39,712 nucleotides of DNA from Salisapilia sapeloensis CBS 127946 (GCA_023334545.1 JAADVB010000177.1:1-39712); one strand, 5' to 3'; counted from the first letter of the stretch, positions 22,071-32,496 are shown. Translations and numbers: made by a program. Notes: generated from the sequence alone by a model not told the origin.

Positions 22071-23729
22071 TTAGGCGATAAACAGAATAAGAATAGCAAG
22101 CCAAAGTCTACTCCAAGTCCCTGTTGCTTCTACTCCGTTGCCCTTAGTGTCTTCAGTATCTTCGTCGGAGCCTGTTACAGATATAGGCGCTGTTGGATCT
22201 CTTTCTTCTTCGCTAGCAGGAATAGTATTTGGATCCACAATAGGCGGAAGCTCAATTACAACACTACTGCCTCGACTTGGAGCCGATGTATCGAAAAAAC
22301 TACTTGCGATAGAATGGCTAGCGCTAGAGGCTGATCCAAATCGAGATGTCGATGAGCACATGAACTTGGTGACACTTGGACACTCTATACTTCCGAATGC
22401 ATCACTCGCCCACGCAGTGTCACTAAGCTTAGCGAAGGATTCTGGACACTCTGTCAGGTTCTGACGGTCAGAAGGAATTTCGTACTCATCCATCGTCAAC
22501 TCAGTTCGTACATTCGCTGCCTCGTACTTCTCAGCTAGAAATTGAAAGTTTGGCATACGAGCATACGAGCATTTCTTATCCATGTCATTGCAGTCTTCTG
22601 GCGTCAAGTACCCAAGGCCATAATTTTGAGATCCGTAAATAGTAAATGGATAAGCGGATTCATTCTTGACATTTGCATTCTCTGTGGAGTACTCAAATGC
22701 AATTCCACCACCAAAGTATTCCATAAATGGTGGAGCATTGATATAAGCTGCTTGTTCGAACGTCCGCTGCGCTTCGTAGCCATCTACTTCTGGAAACGCT
22801 GAGTTCAGACAACCAAACTCAGTAAGGATTGTCGGAATGGGATATTTGAGATTCTGGAAATCTGCTAAAAGCCTTTGAAATGCAGTTGATGGCTCCATAC
22901 GATTGGCATCGCAATGAAGGAAAGCATTGATTCCGTACCATTCAGCATTTTCAAATTCATCAGCTTCGTTAGTACGACAACTGTAGTACTTGGCATTCTC
23001 CTCTCGGTGGCTGTCTGCAACGACTAGTCCCATAGGAACTTGACGCATTCCGGGGCAAGAGCTCATGAACGCTCTCATGTCCCGGATAAATTTTTTCTGA
23101 CAAGGTGCGTTCCACTCAGGTGGGTTTCCTCCTGTCCGATGATTTACCTCATTGCCACCGCTAAAGGCAATGACATTGTCATAAGCTGAGAATTCGCTAA
23201 TAATCAGCTCTCCTCTCGTCTTGTAGATGGAAGGGTAGCATGCTGGAAACTTTTCATCTGTGATTTCGCAGCCTTCGCAACGAGCAGCAAGGTCGACAAT
23301 CACATAGATTCCGCGACGCTGTAATTCACACATAAACTCGCTATGGTCTACACCAGGATTGACGGCATAAAGTCGAATCGTATTCACGTTTAAAGCCTCA
23401 AAGTGGGGTATATCTCGACCCCAAATGTGGTGAAAATCTGCTGTAAAAAAGTCAAAGTTGTTATCATCCAGCTCTCCTGTATTTGGCCGTGGATAGTAAT
23501 TCACTCCTCGGATGCCAAAGTATTCTCCAGTTGCAGAGTTGTAGAAATTGGGACCCTTTCGAACTACAGGTGGTGTCTTGGAGACGAATATATCATCCTC
23601 ATGAGGCAGAGCAGGTACGATGGTGTCATTAAGAGCAGAAGCATTGGGGGCACTCTCATAAGCTGGAGTAGAAGAGACAAATGTCACCTTACTCATGCAG
23701 GCAATAAAGATTACAGCTTTCAACCACAT
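22071..23729 (-). CDS. GH72 1,3-beta-glucanosyltransferase (Gas/Gel-like), predicted GPI-anchored
   Basis: Signal peptide, GIRGVNYYP, NTIRLYAVNP, catalytic GGNEV and TEFGC, a Ser/Thr-rich stalk and a hydrophobic C-terminal tail (RLWLAILILFIA). Confidence 0.93.
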   Translation of the reverse strand: MWLKAVIFIACMSKVTFVSSTPAYESAPNASALNDTIVPALPHEDDIFVSKTPPVVRKGPNFYNSATGEYFGIRGVNYYPRPNTGELDDNNFDFFTADFHHIWGRDIPHFEALNVNTIRLYAVNPGVDHSEFMCELQRRGIYVIVDLAARCEGCEITDEKFPACYPSIYKTRGELIISEFSAYDNVIAFSGGNEVNHRTGGNPPEWNAPCQKKFIRDMRAFMSSCPGMRQVPMGLVVADSHREENAKYYSCRTNEADEFENAEWYGINAFLHCDANRMEPSTAFQRLLADFQNLKYPIPTILTEFGCLNSAFPEVDGYEAQRTFEQAAYINAPPFMEYFGGGIAFEYSTENANVKNESAYPFTIYGSQNYGLGYLTPEDCNDMDKKCSYARMPNFQFLAEKYEAANVRTELTMDEYEIPSDRQNLTECPESFAKLSDTAWASDAFGSIECPSVTKFMCSSTSRFGSASSASHSIASSFFDTSAPSRGSSVVIELPPIVDPNTIPASEEERDPTAPISVTGSDEDTEDTKGNGVEATGTWSRLWLAILILFIA

Positions 23730-24197
23730 AGGTATTGCTACTTTATGCTAGACGTAAGATCTTCGCGGGAACTTGGCAAGTAGTAGTATATGCTTAAATA
23801 TGCTGTCCGTCTTAGCAATTCGACCTTTAAGCTTAGGAGCACGAGGCGACGATCGGCATGTTGAGAAAATGAATTGGGAGCTTTCCAGAAGCATTCGTTG
23901 AAAGGCATATCTACTTATGAACGAAGATGATAGGGCTAGTGCGCTCTGCTGTAAGATCTCAATTTATAAATTGTTGTAACCGTCAGGGATGCTTCGCACT
24001 TATCCTCTCCACTATCTATTTCTGTACAGGATGCGATTGGCATAATCTCATAATAACTTCCTCCCGGAACGGCCCAGTGCTGATCAATCGCACGATTCAA
24101 CAGATCGACTTAACGCATCGCAATCCTTCGCTTCAGTTAATTTCCAAAGTTCAAAAGTATGATTAAAAATGAGATTAATGTAAAACATTTTTTTTGT

Positions 24198-25519
24198 TTA
24201 ACTGACGATTCGTAGCTTGGGAGTTTTCTCTAGCTGTAGCTCTGGAGGCAAAATCTCCTTGTGGTATTTCTCCGCATGCTTGTCGTATAACTCTTGAAGC
24301 TTTTTTGTGTATACCTTGTGGTACTCATCGATTTGTTCCTTTGTTGGTGTAGCGATCGTTGGAACCTCGACTGGTGCCCCCACGACGACGTACAGTGGTA
24401 TCTTCTTTGGCAAGAAGCCCCATGGGAAAGGGTAAAAGCCTCTTCCCATGATCACCGGTGTGGAAAAGGAAAGGAATTTGATCAACGCGTTTTGGATTTG
24501 GCGTACCACACCTCCTTCAGGATTCGGTAGTTGGGCATACAGACTCGTTTCACCAAAGCAAAAGACTGGAACGAGCGGAGCTCCTGTTTCTAAGGCTAAA
24601 CGAATGAAGCCTCGACGCCGATGTAGTATGATGTCGTATGTATTCGGATGTGCGTTTAATGCCTAGTGCAGGAAGGGGAATACAGTCAATACATGCATGG
24701 CCGCTAGATGATGAAAATACAAAGGTAGTACCCCGGCAGCTCCTCCGACGTTGATACAAATGGAAATGTTTCGGTACAAGGCTGCTTTAAGGGATGAGAA
24801 ACTAATGTCGATAAAGCCTAGCGCTAGTAGAGCGTCTTTCCAAAAGGGAATGAGGAAGCTGAGACCAATCTATGTATTCGCGAATTGAGATTGGGGTTGA
24901 AATGAACGTGGTTAGATATGAGCGTACTGTGCCGTAACGAATCTCCATATCGTGATTCTTGCGTGCAAAGCCAGCGGAGTCGACAGCCTATGAGAGCAAG
25001 AGATAATTGGATTAGAATAGACTGGTGATGATATGAAATTTGCATGTGACGTACAAAGGTTAGCCATGAGCTCATGCCGAGGATGCCATGTGGGTGGATA
25101 CCAAATATATGAGCCTTAGTGCCATCAAACTCTTCTTCCTGGCGTACTTGGATGGGAAAGTATTGCCGAATGTCTTCTAGCCAACTATCCAAGCAAAGAT
25201 TTCGTTAGTCTTGATCAGATGAAATACGAATAATCGAACTATACGGGGCTTGACGTGGATACTTGAGCGCTCTTCCTTTTCCATTGTACGCAGCTTTATC
25301 GAAAAAGTAATTACAGAGGAAAAGCTATAACAATGAAGTCAGATAGGCTTTGTATTGAGCGGAGACAGGTATGTAAATACGCACCATGGCATCGATGATA
25401 TAGCCGTATGGCACATATAATAGCAACAACGCATGGAAAAGTGTGACGAGGAATATCACCGTAAGCGGTGCTGCAATTCCTAGCTGGAACCATCGATGCT
25501 CTTGTCGTGTCTCCTGCAT
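24198..25519 (-). CDS. DGAT2: Diacylglycerol/monoacylglycerol acyltransferase (DGAT2/MOGAT family), 6 exons
   Basis: The spliced product contains YFP, IFGIHPHG, RRRGFIRLALETGAPLVPVFCFGE and FPWGFLPKKIPLYVVVGAP. Confidence 0.92.
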
Positions 25520-26029
25520 TTTGCACGCTGACGTCGAGATCAGCGGCTACACGTATCTTGAAAGGGTGCTATATCCGAAGATCGCTCTTTCGATGCAAGT
25601 TTCCACTTTAAATCCATCTTTAGCTTAAACAATTCACTTCTATCGCGGCATATCTATTTTTGTCATTCATCTCCACCAACTCTCTAACTTTTCTAATGAG
25701 CTGCATCCTTTACTTGTCATAGTACATCACAATCTTAAGATATTTCTTTTAAACCGATTGTATGAAGATATTTGCGATAGTCGAATCGATTGATGTTCAT
25801 ATAATAACTCCAAACGATGTACAGGCAACAGGAACTACCTCATACTTTATGTGGGAATATTCAAGGATAAGGATGAAGGACTCTTTCTAACTTCTTCATA
25901 TGGTTTACGAATCTCGACAAACCTCACAGGCCTGCTTGCGTGGTGTCTCGGTTTAAAGCATCTACGTGATGACGAGTTCTGATAGAATTTAAGGATAAAT
26001 AGTCATCGTAGCGCTGGTTCTTAATCGTA

Positions 26030-26055
26030 AAATCTTAAATCTTAAATCTTAAATC
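26030..26055 (+). repeat. Heptamer microsatellite (AAATCTT) x about 3.7
   Basis: aaatctt aaatctt aaatctt aaatc, read directly from the sequence. Confidence 0.85.
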
Positions 26056-26370
26056 GATGCCATCTCTATACGCTATGTAAATCCAAGCAATCCCATTCTG
26101 TTTCTTTAGATTGCTGGCAAAATATATCCCACCAACTTGTTTCTCGACTCCGACAAATTTCTACATGGATCTTAATGGCAAGTAGAAGTCTTTTTACAGC
26201 TTCAAGAGCGGTCTTACGTCCAGAGCAAGTGACTTAGTCGTCGCGACTCCTGAATAAACCCTTGACCGTTTCATAGCCTATTCGTGTGAATACGAAGATA
26301 TTTTACATGCCAAATCTACCAGCGCGCTTCTCCAGGTGATCAAGTTCATATTGCAAAGAGCATCTGTAGA

Positions 26371-28203
26371 ATGCCGTTGGATTATAATGTCGACTGTACC
26401 TTGGAAGACAAAGTGCAAACGATGACCAAGCATCTCTTGTCACTTGAAAAGTCACACGAATGGAAAACGATAATAGAAAATGAGCTTGAGAAGCAGGAGT
26501 ACACCGCAGATCAATTTACTGGAACGAAATCGGATGTACAAGGAATGCTGTATTCAATCATGGAGAAGAAGGGAGTTGTTAAAATGATTAAAAGAGATAC
26601 GTGCGATCTACACAGGGAAGCAAATCAACGATTAGAGACAGTAGCAGCTCAAAAACAAAATGAGGAAGGGATCCCAACTGATATGAGCGAACACCAGAGC
26701 GCACTTGCAAAAGCAGTAGCAATGTCGAGAGAAGCTTGGGAAGTGATCACTCGAGACGAAATGATGAACTTTGCCAATGAAATGCAAAGGCCACTTTATG
26801 GCCGCGCGACGAATATATCCGCTACCACAGTTCCCGATACTATAAAGGATGATGAGCAGGTAGCGGAGGCAAAGACTGAAAAGTCGGCAGCATCTAACAA
26901 GAACAAAAGTAGTCTTAAAGCGGCAAGGTTCTTGTATGATTGGTACGTGCGCATATTTCGGTTGTCGATAAGTATTGCATCTAATGCTTCCGTAATATAC
27001 AGCAACGATTTATTGCATGCTTTACAAGAAATTAAGTCACCGACATCAGGTCCAGAGAACAACTCGTGGGGTACGTTCACACAAAATAACCAATAGTCCT
27101 CCAGGTTACCAGATAATGTTATTAGGCTCTATTCAAGTTCCAGTATCGTGCCCGGCTATTTCAGAGCTACGACGTCGACTCGTAGAGCTTGATCCTCACA
27201 GTGGGCAGTTTGGGCTCGATGAGGTCTTTGCTACAGACAGATATGCATTTCTCGCGGAAAAGGAAAGGGTTGGTGCGGTCGTCCTTACGCATCGAAGCGC
27301 GTGCATGGCTCGTCAGTATCTAAAATCTGGCTCACCTGGAGGACTACGACCCAAAGTAGCTTTGTATTACTTACTTATCATGCAATACACTAATGATTAT
27401 GTATTTAGATGTGGGAACAAGCGTTAGGACTAACTGTATCAAGCGAGCAAGCAGTTTATCATCAAAAACTGCTTGAAGATGTCCGTAACTGGAGCTACCT
27501 CACTGATGACATGTATTTGCTCGACTTGCAGCAAACGAAAAACACGAGTGACTACTTTATATTTGAAGAACATCTTCATGCAACGGTCATGGCTTTTACA
27601 AGAGACACTTACGTTCGTCAAAATGCACCACGAATAAATGGAGCTGTGAATGTACCAGCGATCTCCAAGGAAGGAACTGCACCATCGACTGCACATGTAC
27701 CTCCCAATGGCGTTCTACCTTTCAGTGGACTTAGTATGTACGTTGCTCCCCTAGCCTACGTCTACTCCGACGAGGTTGAGATGTACAGCGTCTTTCGAGA
27801 AATGTACGTACGCTACTGGAGTAAGTTGAATGCGATCAGTGCCGCCAATTCTATGATTCTGTACCAGTGCAAGCTGTTCGAAGAGCTTACTACCCGTTTC
27901 TCCGCCTCCACCGTCTTCCATCTCTTAAACATCGGTGTACGGCCTCTTGACATTGCGTTTAAGTGGATCCAGAGCGGTTTCTCCAGTGTCCTCGAAGTGC
28001 AACAAGTACTTATGCTTTGGGATCGAGTCATCGGGTACGACTCCGTCGACATCATCGCTATCTTTGCCGCTGCCTTCTTCCGATTTCGTGGTGAAGTTCT
28101 GGAAAGCATGACCAAAGCAGACGATGTGAAGACCCTCTCTTCTGATACCATTGACATCCAAGTCGTACCTTTGCTTCAAGAGTACTTATTCCTACTAACG
28201 TAA
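26371..28203 (+). CDS. TBC1D19: TBC1 domain family member 19-like protein, 4 exons (may extend upstream)
   Basis: Motifs LRPK|MWEQALG, YFIFEEHL, VPPNGVLPFSGLSMYVAPLAYVY, FREMYVRYWSKLNAIS and QVLMLWDRVIGYDS. Confidence 0.85.
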
Positions 28204-28284
28204 TTAAACAACTCACGTGGATTAAATAAAGAAATGCTGCACTCATCTCATCGCTCCTATTCGACAACATCTCCGTATACTACT

Positions 28285-31200
28285 CTAACTCGGCAAAAAT
28301 GCGTGATCCGATTGCCGCATCCATCGCAACATTCCTTCCTTGAACGCTTTATACCCAGTGTACGGAGGTATATGGAATGTTCTGGTCCGTCGATCCAACT
28401 CAGGTGTCTGCATATCTACCTCCTCATCGCCTTCTATTGTTCCACTCGTCACACGCACCAGCTGATCATCGTCTTCATCCTCATTGTCGTCTGGTTCTGT
28501 CCCTTGTAACTTCTTCCACCCGGCTTCATACGTTCCTACAAGCGCCAGTGTCACTGTCTCTAATTCTTCCTTCATCAGCTCTTTCGTCCATTGTTTCCAC
28601 CACTTCTCCTGAGTCTCCTTCCCCCACTTCATCAATAAACGCCAGTCCCATTCCTTTGGAATGATAGATACAGTCGGTCCATGTAGTAGCATACGCAGTT
28701 CCTCTGCACGTAGCATACAGATTACGGATGGAAGGACAATGTCAAAGCCATCGGCAAATGCTTTCGCAAACGGAGCCCAGCCTTTGGACATATCCGACAT
28801 CTTGCCCGTCACACAGGCAAGGAACGCATGCTGCATTTCAAACGAAATTGGAAGCGGGACGTTATAGAGAGCTCCATTGGCGATGACAGCACCAAGTATG
28901 ACAAACATCTCCAGTCTCTCCTCTCCTACATCTGAGAAGGGCTCATCACCCCACACCAGCCCAAGCTCTTTCGCTTTCACCGCTGTGGACAATTTATAGA
29001 GAAACGTCTCCATATCCACTTCTTCTCCATCGTACTTGACGCACCAGGGCAATCGCAACTGCTCTGCTCGCATCCCAGAACACAAGTCGGTTACCTGTTC
29101 CCACAAGTTATCGCCTCTTTCCAAGACCAGTCGAACTCTCGTCACGTTCTCTCTTGAAGACGGTAAGAACGATGGTATGTAGTACAGTCGAAGGAATCGA
29201 AGCTTTACATCCGTTCGTAGCATGTATGGTGTCTTCGTCAATAGTCCTTCATCCCTCTCGAGGATGTCCATGTCCAAGAGACAAGCATCGTTCAACACAT
29301 CAGAGCACACAAAGTCCTTACACACCGCTCGCTGCCAGCCCCTTACCATCGCATGCGTCTTATACATGCCATTCGCTCGCTCTAGCTTTACTAACTGTGC
29401 TGCCAAGTCATAGTGTATCAACTCTCGTAGTGCCAATGGATGTTCAAACGCTACTAGACTCGGAATACGCTGCTCATTATCTTCTTCCAAGACACTCGCA
29501 CCAGCATCCAACAACACACGCACAGTCTTTTCATGTCCGTACATGGCAGCTATATGCAGTGCTGTGTACCCTTCGTCCGTCGTCTTGACATGCAAACCAA
29601 AGCGAATGATATATTTTACAAGTTCATGGTTCCCTTTCTCCACTGCATAATGAAGTCCAGTCCATCCCAGACGCTTCTCTTGCGTAAACGACGACGTCAA
29701 GTCAGCATCACACAAGAGTCGGATGATCTCCTTGCTCTGCTTTAACCTCGCAATGCGTTTTTCATCCATACTTTTAGCACAAATCAAAAGATATGGTGTC
29801 CATCCAGAAGAAGTCTTTTGATGCACCATCCTAGGGTCTTTATCCAGCAGTAACGTGCAGATTTTTACCGTATGCCGGTTGAGCACACGACAAGCTGCCA
29901 CAAGACCACGTGCACTTACGCTTCCTTGCTTCAAGACAGCGTGTAAATGTCGCTCGAGGTAGTCATACGCCATGCGATTAAGTACTGGCGACTGGAGCAT
30001 TGAGATCAAGGGTGTCTTTCCATCTTCATCATCGTCATCCATGCCCTTGTACTGCATCAGATACGTCAATACGTCAGCACGTTCATATCGAGCTGCATAA
30101 TGCAACGCGTTACGTCCATATCGATCCCATGCTCGTATCGGTACTTCCAGCGTTTCCACGAGATAAGTGACAATATCCATCAGTCCATTTTCTGCTGCTT
30201 TCATCAACAAGGTCTTGTCATGATGTCCGACCCATCCTTTCTTCGATTTAACAGTAGGTTGATCCGGTAGAAGCTTATAAAGTTGCTTGCGATTGTGACT
30301 GTCACAGCACTTGAACATCCAATAGATGAGATGCTCACGTGCTTCATGAACACGTCGAGAGAACGCTTTCTTATTACAACGAGAGCAGACGTAGTCATCA
30401 GGTATATCGTTCGACAAGTATCCGACACACTCAGCGTGCTCCCACGCCTCGCAGTCTTCGTTCCAGCACTGGAGCCAGATGCCGTTGTAGTCACCGACAG
30501 TCGTGTCGCCACAAGCGCAGTGGATTTCACCCAACGGGAAGCTCACATCGCCAGGTACGGACGTAGGGAGGACAGGAGATGATGGAGATTGTACAGTTTC
30601 TAAGGGAGAAGCTACAGCAGTTTCTTCCTGCTCCAGAGACGGAGCTGGGTCCTTCTTGTCATGCCTCCGTAGTCGTCTGAATCGTCTTGATTCCTTACGC
30701 TCGGTGTCTTCCACCTCTTTCTCTTCACGTTTTGTCATGGTACTGATCTCAATATGAGATGTAGAAGGCTCTAGAACTGGTGACATCTCTCCTTCAGACG
30801 AACTTTCCGACGTCGATGGCTGCCATTCTCCATCTTCTCCATCCCAATGAGACTGACGCAATCGCCTTCGTTTCCGACGTGGTCGTTTCTTAGACGCACT
30901 TTTCTTGTTAGTCGTGTCCTTTGTCGGACTCTTTTCCATTGGAGTTGACTCTTGTGCTGAAGACGTAGAGAATGTGGTGTTTACAGACGCTCCGAGAGTA
31001 CTTATATTCGGACTTGATGTAGTCGGTCGGAAAGAAGTAGGTACACTGCTTGATGGTGGCACCTGATAACTTGGTGTAGACCTGGCAGATGATGAACTTG
31101 GCGGACTGGGACGTGGAGGTGGTACACTTGCCATGACGCTACCCGGTAGTCGAATGGGCTCACTCTGAGATGGTGGCGATGGCCTTGCTGATGGCATACT

Positions 31201-32496
31201 TGGTGATACTGTTGGTCTTACTGAAGATACACTTGGCTGTACCGGTGGTGCTGGAGGTCTTACTGACGGTGCACTTGGCGGTACCAGTGGTGCTGTTGGT
31301 CTTACTGACGATACACTTGGCTGTACCGGTGGTGCTGGAGGTCTTACTGACGGTGCACTTGGCGGCACCAGTGGTGCTGGAGGTCTTGCGAAGGACATAC
31401 TTGGTGGTCGAGGCATCTCGATATACTGTTGTGACCGAGGTGTTTGCAATAAGCCTATGGGTGGTCGATCCGGTGGTGCAATACTGGCCGGTACAGGCCG
31501 TGTGGATGGAATAGGCGGAGACTTTGGTAGGGACGTAGCGACGGAAGTAGGTGGAGCAGCTGCACTAGCTGCTGCCTCCATCCTCTGCGACCAGCCATTC
31601 ACTTGGCTACTTTTGCCTTGTGTACTCTTCATAGGTGCCTTTTGGGCTGTTTTGGACATGGTATTAGCAGTACCCAGTTGATTTTTCTTTCTTAAATGTT
31701 CAAAAAATCTTTGAAACTCTGGATGATTTTGCCATATTTCGACTTCTGTCTTATAGCTTTGAACTGCATTAGCGACAAGTCGGTCTACGAATGCCCACGA
31801 GTTTAACGAGTTTACGTAAAATTCCTGTAAGAGCTGAGGAGCCTCTCGTTGCAATAATTCTATAGGTATCCACGAATCTGGTACACCAGAATGCCATTGT
31901 ACTCGCACTAGTTCCCATGGACGCACGGATGGTGCTGATATCGACTCACATTGCACGAGGTCCACGACTTTCGCCACTTCACGAGGCGAGACGAACGTCG
32001 GTATTGGCATCAATTTACGCATCGGCAGGTCATTGATCGTTAAATTCATCGTCGTCGACTTAATAAATAAGTCCCCATTCGTCGCCATGACAAGAAACTT
32101 TCGTCGCAATGCAAAACGGGCATACCTGTCTTGCCAATGACTACGGTCACCATGCACATGTAATTGGACTAGAAATTCCTGTGGCAAAAGTGACCGTAGT
32201 CGCAAGTCACCTTCCGTTGGCAGCACCACACGTACGAGCGCTTGACTGCGTGGTGGCAGCGGTGGGAAGCACTTGGTCCGGATTCTCCTATTCATCCTTT
32301 TCGTCTTTTCGTTTGAGTTGCAGTCTAAAAGAAAAGAGTGTACAGTATTATTTTCTTTCCGTATCTCCACTCCAATCAGGTACAAAATGAATGTGGACCA
32401 CACGGATGAAACAATTCCACACAAAAGTCGAGAGCGATCGCCGAGACCTTTGTTCGGCCAAGGCGAAGGGCTTACCAGTGGGGTAACGCTAGCCAT
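28285..32496 (-). CDS. Multidomain protein: chromo-like domain, Pro/Ser-rich linker, basic NLS, PHD finger, ankyrin repeats, degenerate HECT-like domain
   Basis: PHD: CACG...WLQCWNEDCEAWEHAECVG...YVCSRC. Ankyrin motifs: GRNALHYAA, GKTPL, GWTGLHYAV, GYTALHIAA. HECT-like tail: FADGF...LRAEELRMLLHG...FHIPPY...AFLPS*. The true start may be the ATG at 32295 (MNRRIRTK). Confidence 0.88.
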   Translation of the reverse strand: MASVTPLVSPSPWPNKGLGDRSRLLCGIVSSVWSTFILYLIGVEIRKENNTVHSFLLDCNSNEKTKRMNRRIRTKCFPPLPPRSQALVRVVLPTEGDLRLRSLLPQEFLVQLHVHGDRSHWQDRYARFALRRKFLVMATNGDLFIKSTTMNLTINDLPMRKLMPIPTFVSPREVAKVVDLVQCESISAPSVRPWELVRVQWHSGVPDSWIPIELLQREAPQLLQEFYVNSLNSWAFVDRLVANAVQSYKTEVEIWQNHPEFQRFFEHLRKKNQLGTANTMSKTAQKAPMKSTQGKSSQVNGWSQRMEAAASAAAPPTSVATSLPKSPPIPSTRPVPASIAPPDRPPIGLLQTPRSQQYIEMPRPPSMSFARPPAPLVPPSAPSVRPPAPPVQPSVSSVRPTAPLVPPSAPSVRPPAPPVQPSVSSVRPTVSPSMPSARPSPPSQSEPIRLPGSVMASVPPPRPSPPSSSSARSTPSYQVPPSSSVPTSFRPTTSSPNISTLGASVNTTFSTSSAQESTPMEKSPTKDTTNKKSASKKRPRRKRRRLRQSHWDGEDGEWQPSTSESSSEGEMSPVLEPSTSHIEISTMTKREEKEVEDTERKESRRFRRLRRHDKKDPAPSLEQEETAVASPLETVQSPSSPVLPTSVPGDVSFPLGEIHCACGDTTVGDYNGIWLQCWNEDCEAWEHAECVGYLSNDIPDDYVCSRCNKKAFSRRVHEAREHLIYWMFKCCDSHNRKQLYKLLPDQPTVKSKKGWVGHHDKTLLMKAAENGLMDIVTYLVETLEVPIRAWDRYGRNALHYAARYERADVLTYLMQYKGMDDDDEDGKTPLISMLQSPVLNRMAYDYLERHLHAVLKQGSVSARGLVAACRVLNRHTVKICTLLLDKDPRMVHQKTSSGWTPYLLICAKSMDEKRIARLKQSKEIIRLLCDADLTSSFTQEKRLGWTGLHYAVEKGNHELVKYIIRFGLHVKTTDEGYTALHIAAMYGHEKTVRVLLDAGASVLEEDNEQRIPSLVAFEHPLALRELIHYDLAAQLVKLERANGMYKTHAMVRGWQRAVCKDFVCSDVLNDACLLDMDILERDEGLLTKTPYMLRTDVKLRFLRLYYIPSFLPSSRENVTRVRLVLERGDNLWEQVTDLCSGMRAEQLRLPWCVKYDGEEVDMETFLYKLSTAVKAKELGLVWGDEPFSDVGEERLEMFVILGAVIANGALYNVPLPISFEMQHAFLACVTGKMSDMSKGWAPFAKAFADGFDIVLPSVICMLRAEELRMLLHGPTVSIIPKEWDWRLLMKWGKETQEKWWKQWTKELMKEELETVTLALVGTYEAGWKKLQGTEPDDNEDEDDDQLVRVTSGTIEGDEEVDMQTPELDRRTRTFHIPPYTGYKAFKEGMLRWMRQSDHAFLPS
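31209..31387 (-). repeat. Coding tandem repeat, 42-bp monomers arranged as an 84-bp A-B-A-B higher-order repeat
   Basis: Units start at 31209, 31251, 31293 and 31335, with a partial unit at 31377. They encode PPAPPVQPSVSSVR / PTAPLVPPSAPSVR. Confidence 0.92.

Noticed and set aside
23918-24166. Possible small gene between GH72 and DGAT2 (ORF 23927-24166; GTAAGA donor)
   Set aside because: Splice trials give only a short peptide or an in-frame stop, and the sequence does not look protein-like.
25200-25262. Donor GTATCCAC in a DGAT2 intron as a possible U12-type intron
   Set aside because: It does not match the GTATCCTT consensus and has no TCCTTAAC branch site.
25800-25983. Short open frame GNRNYLILYVGIFKDKDEGLF…DDEF in the AT-rich intergenic region
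   Set aside because: No start codon, no convincing splice acceptor and no recognisable motif.
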